Below, piece by piece: positions 30,509-42,074 of a stretch of 64,000 nucleotides of DNA (its first letter is position 1; each line of letters starts with the position of its first letter). Origin of the DNA: Lobosporangium transversale (lineage: Eukaryota); NCBI RefSeq assembly GCF_002105155.1, contig NW_019028996.1, positions 372,001 to 436,000 on the forward strand, written 5' to 3'. Under the pieces are notes generated by a model. The model did not search any database, had not been told where the DNA came from, and saw nothing but the letters and a program-made list of their open reading frames with translations. A program made the translations under genes and the position numbers.

Positions 30509-33500
30509 TTATAAGAAAATATTCCTACGGGAAACATAGTAAGAGACACTTTTGGAAATATCTAATGTGCTCTGTGTTTGTTCAGCAAGCGACGAGCTTG
30601 GACCTGATGAGACTAATGAGTGCCCATCCGAAGCTCCTCGGCGAAAACTTGCTACGGATGTTGTGCTTCGTTCAGGCTGCTGTAGATGTGCAACATCGCT
30701 CATTGCGCCCGATGACAATGATAATGACGACTGGCTTGATGGCTGTTCGAGCTGTTGCTCCTGCTGTGCCTGTCGTTTCTTGAATGCAATTTCCTCTGCA
30801 AATCGACAGATAAATTCATCATGGCCAACAAGGTCCGGTCGGAAAGAGCGTGAAAGTGTGATGCGAAGCTCTGTCGGTGTTGAGCCCCAGGTCGCGTCTG
30901 GATAAATTTCGATTGACGTCCGAAGTCGATATGAATGTGTCTGTGTCTGTGTTGGCTGAGTTGATAGTGAATCAGTCTCAAGCTTATCGTCTTCAGCTTT
31001 CCCCTCTTTATCCATGCGAGTGAAATGATCTGGTGGTGGATAGTAATGACGCACCACACCCTGTGGGAACGTGATCTGTACTGCAATTCCAGCCGTACTA
31101 CCACCTACATGATTAATCATGCCTTCCACGTTAATTAGGAATGGGAACATTGGATGGATGTCTAGAGGCGTATCTCGATTGGAGATGGGCTTGGTAATTT
31201 GTGCAATAATCCTCTGAAGGTCAAGACTGTGGAAATCGATTTCCATTGGCACAAATCTCTGAAAAAAAATGTTGATTAATATTGCCTAGTCTGTGTAGCC
31301 ATAAAGCTTAAAGGCCTAAAGAGAGAGAAGCCAGTAGCTTACCACAATATTTGACATGAGCTTGATGATTTCACCAGTTGAAGGTGATTCGAATGCTTGA
31401 AGCAGTGATATCCGGAGATCTCCTAGCATTGCTCTGTGTCTTTGAATGCGTTGATGATCAACTTCAGGTTGGTCCATTTGCTGAAGCAGATCTGTTACTC
31501 GCTTGATAGCCAACTTGAGCATCGACTGTAGATACCCCTTGGTTGCTATACGATTCATTTGTCCGGACCCTGAAACTGGTAAAGACGACAAAGAAGCTGC
31601 CGTGAACAGAGCCGATGCCTTATTCTGAGCCATGCCAAAAAACCAAACCAAATTAGCCAAGACACGGAAGTAGCCTACAGAGACTTTCGCCGTGGAATCA
31701 AGGCCCAGGAAGGTATGATCCATATAGTATGAAAGTCGGAAAAGTTGAGCTGAAAGGATCGGAGCTTGTACAATGAACGAAGGGGTATCATAACTATCCT
31801 GGATCTGAATCAAGAGCTCACAGCACTCAAGGTACATCTCTACAAATTCTGCATTTCGCCCCTGCCTTGTATGTACTCTATTAATGTATCGTAAATCACG
31901 CTGGCAAACGGCGATCTGCTGCAAGAGTAGTGTTCGACGGGCACTACTGGCTGCCATCCCTTGCGATACATGTTCATTTCTCCAAAGGATGTAGATGCGA
32001 TCTAGATTGGTGAGGACCTGTTCGTAGAACGATTCTGCATCTTGTTCCGTTTGAACCCTCATAGCCGCGATTGTGGTGGCATAAGCCGACGCTACGCCAT
32101 GTCTAGATTGAGTAGTATCTGAGCCAGGTTGTTCGACATCCATTTCATATTCAGTGCCGTTAGCAATGGTCATTGTAAGTGCGGATGCAAGCTCTTGTAA
32201 AGGCTGCGTTCCTGCACATGGAATTTCCTATGGTAAAAAATAGCGACCGCAACCATAGTAAGAGCTATTGCCATCGTTGACTACCAGATTTATAAATCCA
32301 AGCGACTACCACCTACCGAAGGCTCGGGGAAACAGTTTGGGTATTTATCACGTAGATATGCGTAGTGCTTAAATGTGTATTTCGGCAACATCTGTAATAT
32401 ACGAGGATCCGTAGTTGCAGCATTGAATATTAGAATTAGATGACCACCATCTAAACAAAACAGAACGAAAGAAAGAAAAGAAGCAAGGTCAGTTTTGTGA
32501 TAAATAAAATAAAATAAAATAAAATAAAAGACCCATTATTCGTGGCAAGATCGAATACTTACATTGCATATCCTCGACATTTTGTTCAATCGGTAGATAT
32601 TTCGCATCAAGGTTCAACATTTCAGCAACAATAGATTCTATTAAAGCCATAAGCGGATTAGGCAACAAACAGTCCAAGATGAGATTACATTTTTATAGGC
32701 TCAATGAGCCAAGAAGAGCCATGCCTAAAAAGCAAAACTCACCGATAAAGACGCCATGTCGCCGGCCAACCGATCTGATACATTGATAGATGGAGAGCTG
32801 ATCCTCGGGGAACCTTTTCATGTTCGACTCAATACTAGATAAAAACGACGTCATACCATCAGCAGTCGCCATTGTCACAACCCTGAAGCCAATAAGCAGA
32901 CATTCAGCACCTGGTTAGCTCATTAACACAATTATATTGGCACTCCATAGAGAAACGACAAAAGTTCAAGATTAATACTTACTCCAACATCCTATGTGTT
33001 GACTCTCGCACATCACGATCTGCATCCTCCAAAACACCCAAAGTAATCTGAAGCTGTTCCGTATCGAATGTGATAGGCGCTTTGCTCCCGATTTTGTAGA
33101 GACTTGTCAAAGCATTCAGGCGCACATAATCAATTTCGTCCATGAACATGTCTATGGAAGAGTAGCCCAAGCTATAAATGCTGATAAAAGTATGAATGAT
33201 GGAGTTGAAACAGAGTCATGAAACGCTTAACTTACCAACCATGTAGTCCAGCGCAAGCAAAGAAAACTCAGGGTAATGTAGACACAGCTCGCGGATAGAA
33301 TCTAATTAGAGTTGAAAAGAACGATCATATATCAGCACATCATTACTAGTTGCACTACACGATGTTCCAAAAACATCAAGGGATTCTCTTACCAATCGCT
33401 GCATTTCTAACGTCCTGATATTCGTCTTCAAGCCCATGAACAAACGCTCCACATGCTCCGGAGTCAAGTAACCGAACTTGTTGTGCTGTCACGTCCTGAT

Positions 33501-35687
33501 CACCTTCAGGGGTCGCAATCAATTTGGCTCTCTTTCATCCAAAGATTAAAAAAAAAAAAAAAAAAAAAAAAGAATTAGATCATGTGAACTGCCTATAAGG
33601 CCAGACTTCAACAGACAGCTTTGGTTACCTGAGCCGCCTTTTGAGCCGGTCCAGCAGCGAGATTCTTTGGTGCCACATCCACACGGAGGTGAGCCATGAT
33701 TTGTTTACTAAACGTTTGCGACAAATATTTGTAATCAACTGACCTAAATTGCCCTAATCTTGCGCAGGCCTGTAATTGGATGTGAATATTAAGTTATTTC
33801 AAAAAACACTAAAACTTGTAGAACCAAGTAAGCGTTAGTATACCTTTGCTCGAACAGTCATAGAGCTATCATTAACCATATCGCATGTTCGGATAAACGC
33901 ATCATCCACCAGCCGCGTTGCCTGTAGTTGCGTTAATGATGGGTTCTGGACAGCTGTGTGTGGATAAAGGCTACTCAGGATGCTATAAGCATCAGTTCAT
34001 CAAATGTAAAATGTTAGTGCTTTGTATGGCCTATGTCCTCGCATGCATCCTTTCACACTTGGGGGTGCCGAAAAAATGAGCAAGAACGCTTCGGGCAGAT
34101 ACATACAAGATTAAATCCAGTCCTTCCATGCGAACCTCTTGATAGTCGTCAATAAGTGCTTGAATTGCCACATCGTACATTACCAGTGCAAGCTTAAAGC
34201 CCTGTCTATGGAGCTCAAGTAACGCCTTACAGGCATTCTAGTGGAAGCATAAACACAATATTCAAGCTCAATAACATTTTTTCATAACTATTAAAAAAAA
34301 AAGACCTTCATCGTAGACAGCGATTTCAATACCTTTCGAACTCGCGGCTCCGGATCTGTTACATAATTACTAACAATAAGTTGAATATCGTAGTTTGAAT
34401 ACCCCTCCTGTTGAAGTGGTGTTGTCTCATCTATGAGATCAGTTATCCTAAGCAGTGGTGCTAAACGAGCAACTAGTTGAAGAACTGCAGAACGGATTCT
34501 GTGATGGCGATCATCAAGCTCAGCGATGGACATAGTCATCAACGCTCGTATAGTGTTAATATCGGAAAGACTATTGCGAGAAAGTCTTCCGATCTACTCG
34601 CATAAACAATTGGTATTGGTAGAGTTGAGCTTCCCATCATCATTAGTTTACTCTGAAAATAAGTCGGTTAAGGTGAGTTTATAATTGACACTCGAGCCAT
34701 TCACCTTGATAATGTGGGAAATTGCGTCATAGACCTGGACCCTGACTTCCGTAGAATCCGCCTGAAGCTATCAGAGAAGAATAGAAGCTGTTAAAAAATG
34801 AGAATCGAAAGCGTCGCCAACATACAAATCCTAAAAACTGAAGGTGAATAAACTCGAAAATCGCATACTTGCTCCAACAGATGCTCCACCACACTCCGAC
34901 CATCTATTCCAGTTGCCTCGAGCGTATTTTGAAGGAGTTGTATGAGGAGCACCTAAGACATGTGGGCACACGGAAGCAGTTGAATATGAGTTGAGGCTCG
35001 CCATCACGAATGAATTAACAACACTATTTTGAATTGTAACATTAACCACATTATACACACACCTTTGCACCTTTGTCTCTTTCGCTCGAAAGCAACTTCT
35101 GAGCGACTGCCACAAGACGACCTTGTTCTGCATTATTGAGGTCCGAAAGCCGGTTAAGAAGCAGCTTGAGAGCCTGAGGTTTAAGATAAATACGGAAGTT
35201 TTTTTTAGATCACTACCCACAACAATAACATTGCCTAAAATGATGTGATATTGATCATAGTATCCTATCCTCATTACAATCATTTTTACCTTTATCCGCA
35301 TCCGTGTAAACTTTGAGCTAAGCTTGAGCATCAACTCCTGTTGGATAAACAATTGCCGCATTCTCTGAACCGTTAGCAGGTATGTCGCAAAAAAAAAAAA
35401 AAAAAAAAAGAAAGCCTGTCACCCATTCTCACCTCGTTCGAAGCCTCTTCCTCCAATTCGCTTCCATCATGTTCGTCCTCTCCACTCTCTTCTGAGTTCC
35501 CACTGTACTCTTGCTCTTCTATATGACTATCTTCAATAATTCTATCAGTATCCCTAGTGCTATGTAGAGAAAGTACTGGGTTCTGTTGAACAACTGTACG
35601 CGATCCTGCGCCCTTGCCACGTTGTTGCTGCCGTGAGTACTTCTGGCGCCCACCCCCTTGATCTGCTTCCCGCGTGCTGCGCTTCAT
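30509..35687 (-). CDS. INTS4: Integrator complex subunit 4 homologue (HEAT repeats), many exons
   Basis: RLVDDAFIRTCDMVNDSSMTVRAK, LSQTFSKQIMAHLR, LLDSGACGAFVHGLEDEYQDVRNAAI, DMFMDEIDYVRLNA; the 5' exons are less certain. Confidence 0.88.
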
Positions 35688-35881
35688 GATGATGATGAAG
35701 CGGATGCTTGATCAAGCTAGCAAGTTGAGATGCTTTATTTGCAGCTGAGCAGAACTGTCCAACCATTCCATGTAACTACTGAGGCTAGTCCTGCTGCTTT
35801 CAAGTGGCTGAGTCCGCACGTGCAAGAATATTTAGGAGAAATGGTTTTTTGTTTTTTGTTTTTTCAATCTCTCCTTCAACA

Positions 35882-37452
35882 ATGTCGAATTTCAAGGAAC
35901 AACCAAACGTATTGATTCCCGAACAGGAGTCGAAATCGCTTCCTCCACTGACACAAACAACAGAACAGGAATCAAGTGAGGAGCCTTTTGTATTTGTTAC
36001 TCGCAAAAAAAAGGGCTGCAAACAGAGGAAGTCTTTTTCGAGTCCTAGCTCCCTATCTCAACCTTCTCTATTTCGAACGCCATTTGATAACGATATTAAT
36101 GAAAGTACAAGAGAGAGCAGCAACATGCCTGGATGGCGTGGGAAAAAGCCACCGACGATCAAGAAGAACAGTCAGCGATCTAGGATAGCGGGATTTCGAG
36201 GAATGGAATCTGAAAGGACTATCGACTGGGGTCTTACCATGATGGAGAGTAGGATTACAACATTAAAGCAGTCTAGATTCTATCAGGCATTTCAAGGTAG
36301 CAAAAACTTGTACCATTTTCTAATCTTTTTTCAATCCTCTTTCCCCCTATGTTGCGCTCAACTGTGATTAATACCAATATTATCCACGCTTTTATTCCAC
36401 TGACATTATCAGAATTGGTGGAATTGACGCTCATTCCCTCGTGCAGAAAACAGAGGCGTAAGTCGGCCAGTGATGAGCCATGGGATCGCCCATTGGCAAC
36501 GCAAATAGCAAATGAGGAGCATATTAATTCAAAGAACCACTGCAAGACTGTATCAGACAACGAAAACGATGAGTCATTGTCGATGGACTACTTCGGAGAA
36601 GCACAAGGAACGGGCATAAACCCTATGGACAGCCAGATTCAAAATAATTCAATCCTAGAGATGGTTTTTTACGGCATTGGATCAATTGAGAACTCGCGAA
36701 ACTCTCAGTTTCAGTTGGCCTTGGGAATTTGCTTGAAAGAGATATTACAGGTAACGGAACAAATTTGCTATTAGCTCAAGATATAAACAAGTCCCCTCAA
36801 TAGCCTGTACAGATATAGGGGCGTTGATTCTTTGCAACAATAGCGGTATTGACAATGATAAACATTGATCATTAGGTCACAGGAGCGATATCAATATTCG
36901 ATCCAATTATGACAGAGTACGACAAGGAACTTGTCGAAAAATTGGGACTACAGGTATTGAAGGTGAATGATCAGGCCAAGAAAGTGATCAAAACAAGGAC
37001 GCTTTTATATATGCCTCACTGTCCCAAAGGACTATACTCCCACGTCCTGGAATCCAACTGGGAACGGGAACGACTGAACAATATGGTAATCCTTGGCAAT
37101 CGGTTCACTATGTATGATGAAAGGTAGGAGCGTCCAATCACTGTTTCCTTTATATATTAATCATGATGTTTACTATGTTTATTTGGGCGACGTACCAATG
37201 GTAAGGAATGGTATCTCATGCCTGTGCTATACTTTTTTTTTTTTTGGTTTTAGTCCATCATTCAAGCAATTAGCCAAACAAGCGCCATTTATTTTACCAG
37301 CGCTCTCGATTGCACAGATATCACCCTTTCCTGACGTCAAGTTTGAAGATAATACGATATTTAACGATCTAGCCTTCCATATTTTCCCCACTAGCGAGAC
37401 TGTTCCTGAAGTAAGCCTTTTAGATCAGGAGCCTGATCCAGAAATTTTGTAA
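35882..37452 (+). CDS. SRR1-domain protein (SRRD/Ber1-like), multi-exon
   Basis: MVFYGIGS...SQFQLAL, SIFDPIM, TLLYMPHCPKGLYSHVLESNW, GNRF, FNDLAFH. Confidence 0.88.
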
Positions 37453-37588
37453 AGTCCTTTTTACTATGTAATGTACAAAATATTTATTACTATTAAATGA
37501 TTACGAAGCTGATAGTAGGTATGAGGTATCAATAAAGAAAGACTAGGATATAGAAGAAATAATAATGACCAGAATATTCTCCTACTCA

Positions 37589-38230
37589 TTAAAAGTAGTC
37601 GGGACTTTTTTTGATAGACTTGTTCTTTTTTGTCTTCGTCCTCCGAATTTGATCCTGCTCATCAAGCTTTTGTTCCATAGCATGCTTCCATTGTTGGCTG
37701 TCCACTTGCCAGGTAACCGGGTTTGCTCTTCGACTTCGGTCACTTGTCTTAAAGTTGAGATTATGCTTGAATCGGAAGTGCTCCTCATTATCATTGTTCA
37801 TCTCAAGAAGCTCCTCGTAATCATTATCACTGTCGCTGTCATCATCGCTGCTGATTCCGACAGTACTGCTTTCGCCCTCACTGCTGCCGCCATCCTCAAG
37901 GCTGCTTCTTATCCTTCGGCGATACTCCATTTTAGCATAGATCTGTTGCCTTTCTTCGAGTGAAAATGAGCCTTGCTTGGATTTCTTAATTAGATAATTC
38001 CGTGTGGCACGATCTTTATTTTTTTGAGAAAGGCCCGAGAAGCGGTGCATTCTTCTTGAACGATTCATTTCCTTGAATGCTTCGGGATCTGAGAAGTGGA
38101 AAAGGTCGACAGAGGATATGACTTCGTAGTCTTGAAGTACAGAGTAATAGAGGTTGTCTTCGTAATTGTATGAAGGTGAAGTGGGGTAAAAGAAACTGCA
38201 CTGAGAAGCGGTAGCACTCAAGATTGTCAT
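37589..38230 (-). CDS. Hypothetical 213-aa protein with acidic/Ser-rich and basic segments
   Basis: Open ORF with ATG; TATAAATA on the minus strand at 38391-38398; no family recognised. Confidence 0.55.
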   Translation of the reverse strand: MTILSATASQCSFFYPTSPSYNYEDNLYYSVLQDYEVISSVDLFHFSDPEAFKEMNRSRRMHRFSGLSQKNKDRATRNYLIKKSKQGSFSLEERQQIYAKMEYRRRIRSSLEDGGSSEGESSTVGISSDDDSDSDNDYEELLEMNNDNEEHFRFKHNLNFKTSDRSRRANPVTWQVDSQQWKHAMEQKLDEQDQIRRTKTKKNKSIKKSPDYF

Positions 38231-38500
38231 GTAGGATAAGAGCTGGGTTTGTTGCTTTTTAGTGGGTTTGAGAGAGGAGATTGTGGAGGAAGTGTGTTGT
38301 TGTTGAATCGGATTGAGAGAAATGATGAGGATAATTGTCCTTGTTGTCTTGTACTTGTTGGGTGTTGGAGATTGGATGGATATGAGTGAGTATTTATACT
38401 ACTTTTAATGGACAGTGCGCAATCCGCAATTAGTTTTAGTCGCATAAACTTATTACTTACTCAATTGGACGAGCCAATCATTTAAATAAACCTTAATTTC

Positions 38501-38660
38501 CCGCAGCACTGCGGTTTCTATGCTAGTGGTCCAGATTACCCAACCGCAGTCACACAGGCCATTGTGTTTCCCCGTCATGGGAACGTGGTTTTTAAACACA
38601 CGAAAATTGAGTAAGAGAACTTAGATCCGCTTCATCACCGCACTTCGCCCGTTTAAATGA
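38501..38660 (-). ncRNA. Candidate omegaRNA scaffold (hairpin array) immediately 3' of the Fanzor-like ORF
   Basis: Four consecutive stems: 38508-38516/38542-38550 (9 bp), 38552-38556/38563-38567, 38568-38572/38579-38583, 38584-38602; position matches where TnpB/Fanzor guide RNAs are encoded. Confidence 0.5.
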
Positions 38661-38665
38661 TCCCT

Positions 38666-41270
38666 TTACCGCATTGGAGCCAGCAACCTATCTTTAACGT
38701 CCGATGTTGTTGCTGCTGCTGATGCGATATTAGAGTCTGCAGTCGTGGATACCTTTGACCAAATATATTGTCCTGCCTCGTCAACAGGCTGGAGATACTG
38801 AGGCTGTTCCTGCTGCATGATATAGCTGCGAACAACATTTACGATGTTGTGGGCTCCGAGGACGTCATGGTGCACATGAGCCTTGCAGTAAGCGCAAAAC
38901 AGATAGCAGGACGACACTGCCTACGAAGTTGTGACATGCAGGACACCTCTTGTTCGTATAGTATTCGTTGACATTGAATACAAAATAGTCAAGAGATCGA
39001 GCTTTGCTCACGGAAAACGAGATGAATCTTGTGTGAAGAGATGACAGCTTGTTGTTGGTGGGAAACCTATCAAGGCTTATGGCAATTACCAGCATGCTCT
39101 AAGGGTCTCATTGATGCCCAATGACTCCACCGCTGTTCAGAGCAGCAGATCACAGATTATACCATATTCACCTTTCATGCCCTTATCGGCATCCAACCGT
39201 GCTTTTTGTAGGCACTACTGTTTCCTCCGCAAAAGTTCGTCAAATCATGCTCAAAGTTCTGCTTCAATGCCGACTATCCGCATAAAGGAGACAGCTCAGT
39301 CTCAATGGCATTGATCGTTTTTACTGTGCCGTCGGCGACCATGTCTTTGGAAGCACTAAGTCATCTCTGAAACTTAAAGTGAGGCTGGTTGACTGCTCCC
39401 TCCTCTGTGATCAGATTTCGGAAAGTCAAACATTATCCGTGTTCACCCTCTGGAATATGTGCGTTTGCCTCGGCCAACATTTGCCGGTAGCCTAGCTTTA
39501 ATGGACTCAGGGGGGTTCATTGACAGCCAGATACTAGACACACCATTCTAGGAGCGTGTAGTTGGATGATTGTTTCGAGCAAGCTTCAGTAGGTATTCTC
39601 GAGCCGTGATGCTATTTCACATGACTCGAACCAGCTGATACTCAGTTAGTGAAATAAAAGGAACTTTCCTCATAGCTATGGGCACTGTTTCCCTCTTGTT
39701 TCCGCTCGAGCGGTTGTGGACTAAGAAATTTCCCACGACGGATAGATTATCATCAATGGGATGTCGGGACTATCGGGAAAATCACGTCTTGAAAAATAAT
39801 ATCGACGAAGTCCCGATTTTAACTGTGATGCTGTTGAAAGTAGAAATGCGGTTCCTGAGTATCGTGACCTAGTTCTCAAATGCTCTCTGTCTGTTTCCCT
39901 CAGAAGATTTGTCTTTCAATCGTTTGATGAGATACAGGGCATCGGCTCCTCTGCCCACCATGGTTGCGAGATTTCCTGAGTATAGGAATCTCAGCAGACT
40001 TATTAGAAACCGTTTTGTGTGGATGTCATGCTGGTATTACTCTCGTCTCCCTTGTGCTGATCACCCCTTACTACTGGGTTATCGTCTTGTGCGGCTCGAT
40101 CGTGTGTGGAGGCCCTTTTGTAGATCATATCAAAAAAATGCCCTGCCAGAATCACTGATTGCGATTGTGCCGGTTTTCTCAATAAAGAATCCGATTAGGA
40201 ATTAGTACTTTCTTTTCGTATCCGCGGAGGCGCTGCTGACTTCTTTAGGATAGTTTGGACTCCTTTGAGCAGCTTTCCATCGCCTATAGAGTAGTCACTC
40301 CCGGAGGACCTCCTAATGTTTGCATCCAATGTCCCGACATCCATAGTTACGACCTGATGCTCTTTGGTCGGGCTACGGGGAGCGGACGCTTTGCTGAACT
40401 GGTCACGTCTACAGGGCGGTAATTGCGGTGAAGGCCTCAGTCGTAGGGACGGAGTTACTGCTTCAGGAACATCAATCTTTTGTGCTTTGTACGGCTAGTA
40501 CTTACACAGCTTGAAAGCTACAGAAACCTCATGTTGCTTCTTAAGCGAGCGTTCTCTATAGCTGTACCGAGATGGTTTTTTGACAATGCTGCTGGAGACT
40601 CTACTGCGAACGGCGATGCAGTGGATGGTCTGGGCGTCTATGTTGCAGGGCCAAGGACTAGGATGGTTGTTACTGGGCCGTACAAACATTGCCCAGCATA
40701 TCCTATCTGTCTTCAGACCTTTTCGATGTTGGCATAGGTGAGAGCGTCACTGTCGGGGTGAGGGCTACGTCGTCAGGACCGCAATCGCGTGTAACCTGAA
40801 CGTCCGTTTCTACTTCTTCAAGCACTTCAGTCCACCTTTGTTGCCGTAGATATCCCACCAGCGAGATGTGTGCTTGAAGAGAAAAGTGAAACGTCTTTTC
40901 TATGCTTTTTCTCGCTGTAACGTGCTGCTGTCCTGTTCTCGGCCGCAGTTGAGCAGCACAGCCCTGGAAGACATCCAGAGCGCAACGCAGTAGCGGCTTA
41001 CTATCTCTTGACTCTTTGTGCTGCAGAGTCGCGTGTTTCTCTAACACATCGACGCCGTCAGGGAAAGTCCTTCAAGACAATTAAGTGAAGTCTCTTGTCA
41101 ACGATCCCATTGACGATGTCGGTGGATGCCGTGCTTATTCGTCGGTATAAAGGGTGGATGCATGCTTGCAGACCAGCCCAAATTTTGCCAGAAGGATGAG
41201 ATAACATGGATGAGTATATTCTCGAAGGGTTGTACCCTTTCTTCCGCACCATTGGCCAGGACGTAGATGC
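38666..41270 (-). mobile_element. Decayed Fanzor (eukaryotic TnpB-like RuvC nuclease) gene with an N-terminal FEN1/XPG-like PIN domain
   Basis: C-terminal KARSLDYFVFNVNEYYTNKRCPACHNFV...CAYCKAHVHHDVLGAHNI (RuvC-II E, two CxxC, RuvC-III D-x4-5-N); N-terminal DG.DVLEKHAT..., EVETDVQV, DSDALTY; many stops and frameshifts. Confidence 0.8.
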
Positions 41271-42074
41271 TAACTGTGATGTCTGCTATGGTGCGAGACA
41301 GAGTCAAATGCAGAAAGGCTGTAATAATGATTATAGCAAACACGCTAAAATTCTTGCCTCGCAAACACACACATAAGCACCAGCTTATAAATACGTCGCA
41401 CTTTACGATTATGTCTTTGAGTGTTCAATTCCTTCATGTCAACGACCTGCTACTCTCTCATAATACGAAAAAGATAGAAAAGTGAGGGTCTTGGCACTGA
41501 TTTTTGCTACAGTCTGAGAGGACCTCTCACAAAGGATATAGTATGGAAATAGGCGACACTATCCTTCTGTCTTCGCGGCTTAACTATGACAGGCATAGAG
41601 TACATGGTGTCAAGAGTATATGACGATTTTTATGTTCGATGTGGCGCCAACAGTGATTTTAATCACCACCCAAAATTTAAGTCATTGGTTGTTCCTGATA
41701 TAGTTCTAATCGGCTACAACTGATTAAAACCGGTGAAAGCTGGCTATAACCAGCGATAACTGGTCAACCGGTGGTGGTGCGGTTAACTTTAGATTTTGGT
41801 GCCACCAATGAAAAGAAACTCCCTGATTAAAAATGCTGGGTGGTAATCCCCTTGCATGTTGAACATGAGTACATTGAGTCTAAACACGTTGAACTCGACT
41901 TTGGACCTCTTCTCAAGAGCATTTTATCGCCTGGACGAGATGTGAGCTTAAGAAAAGGAAGAAAGAAGAGACCAGTCCTCGAGCATGCAACATGATGTCA
42001 ATAAACAATAGAGAGGAACGGAAGTAATGGTTTCTTATAACTGTACATATTCTTTTTTTTTTTTTTTTTTTTTT

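Noticed and set aside
41641..41805. 10-bp imperfect inverted repeat GTGGCGCCAA/TTGGTGCCAC as a possible Fanzor element left end
   Set aside because: Too short, no TSD, and no match to the sequence at the 3' end of the element
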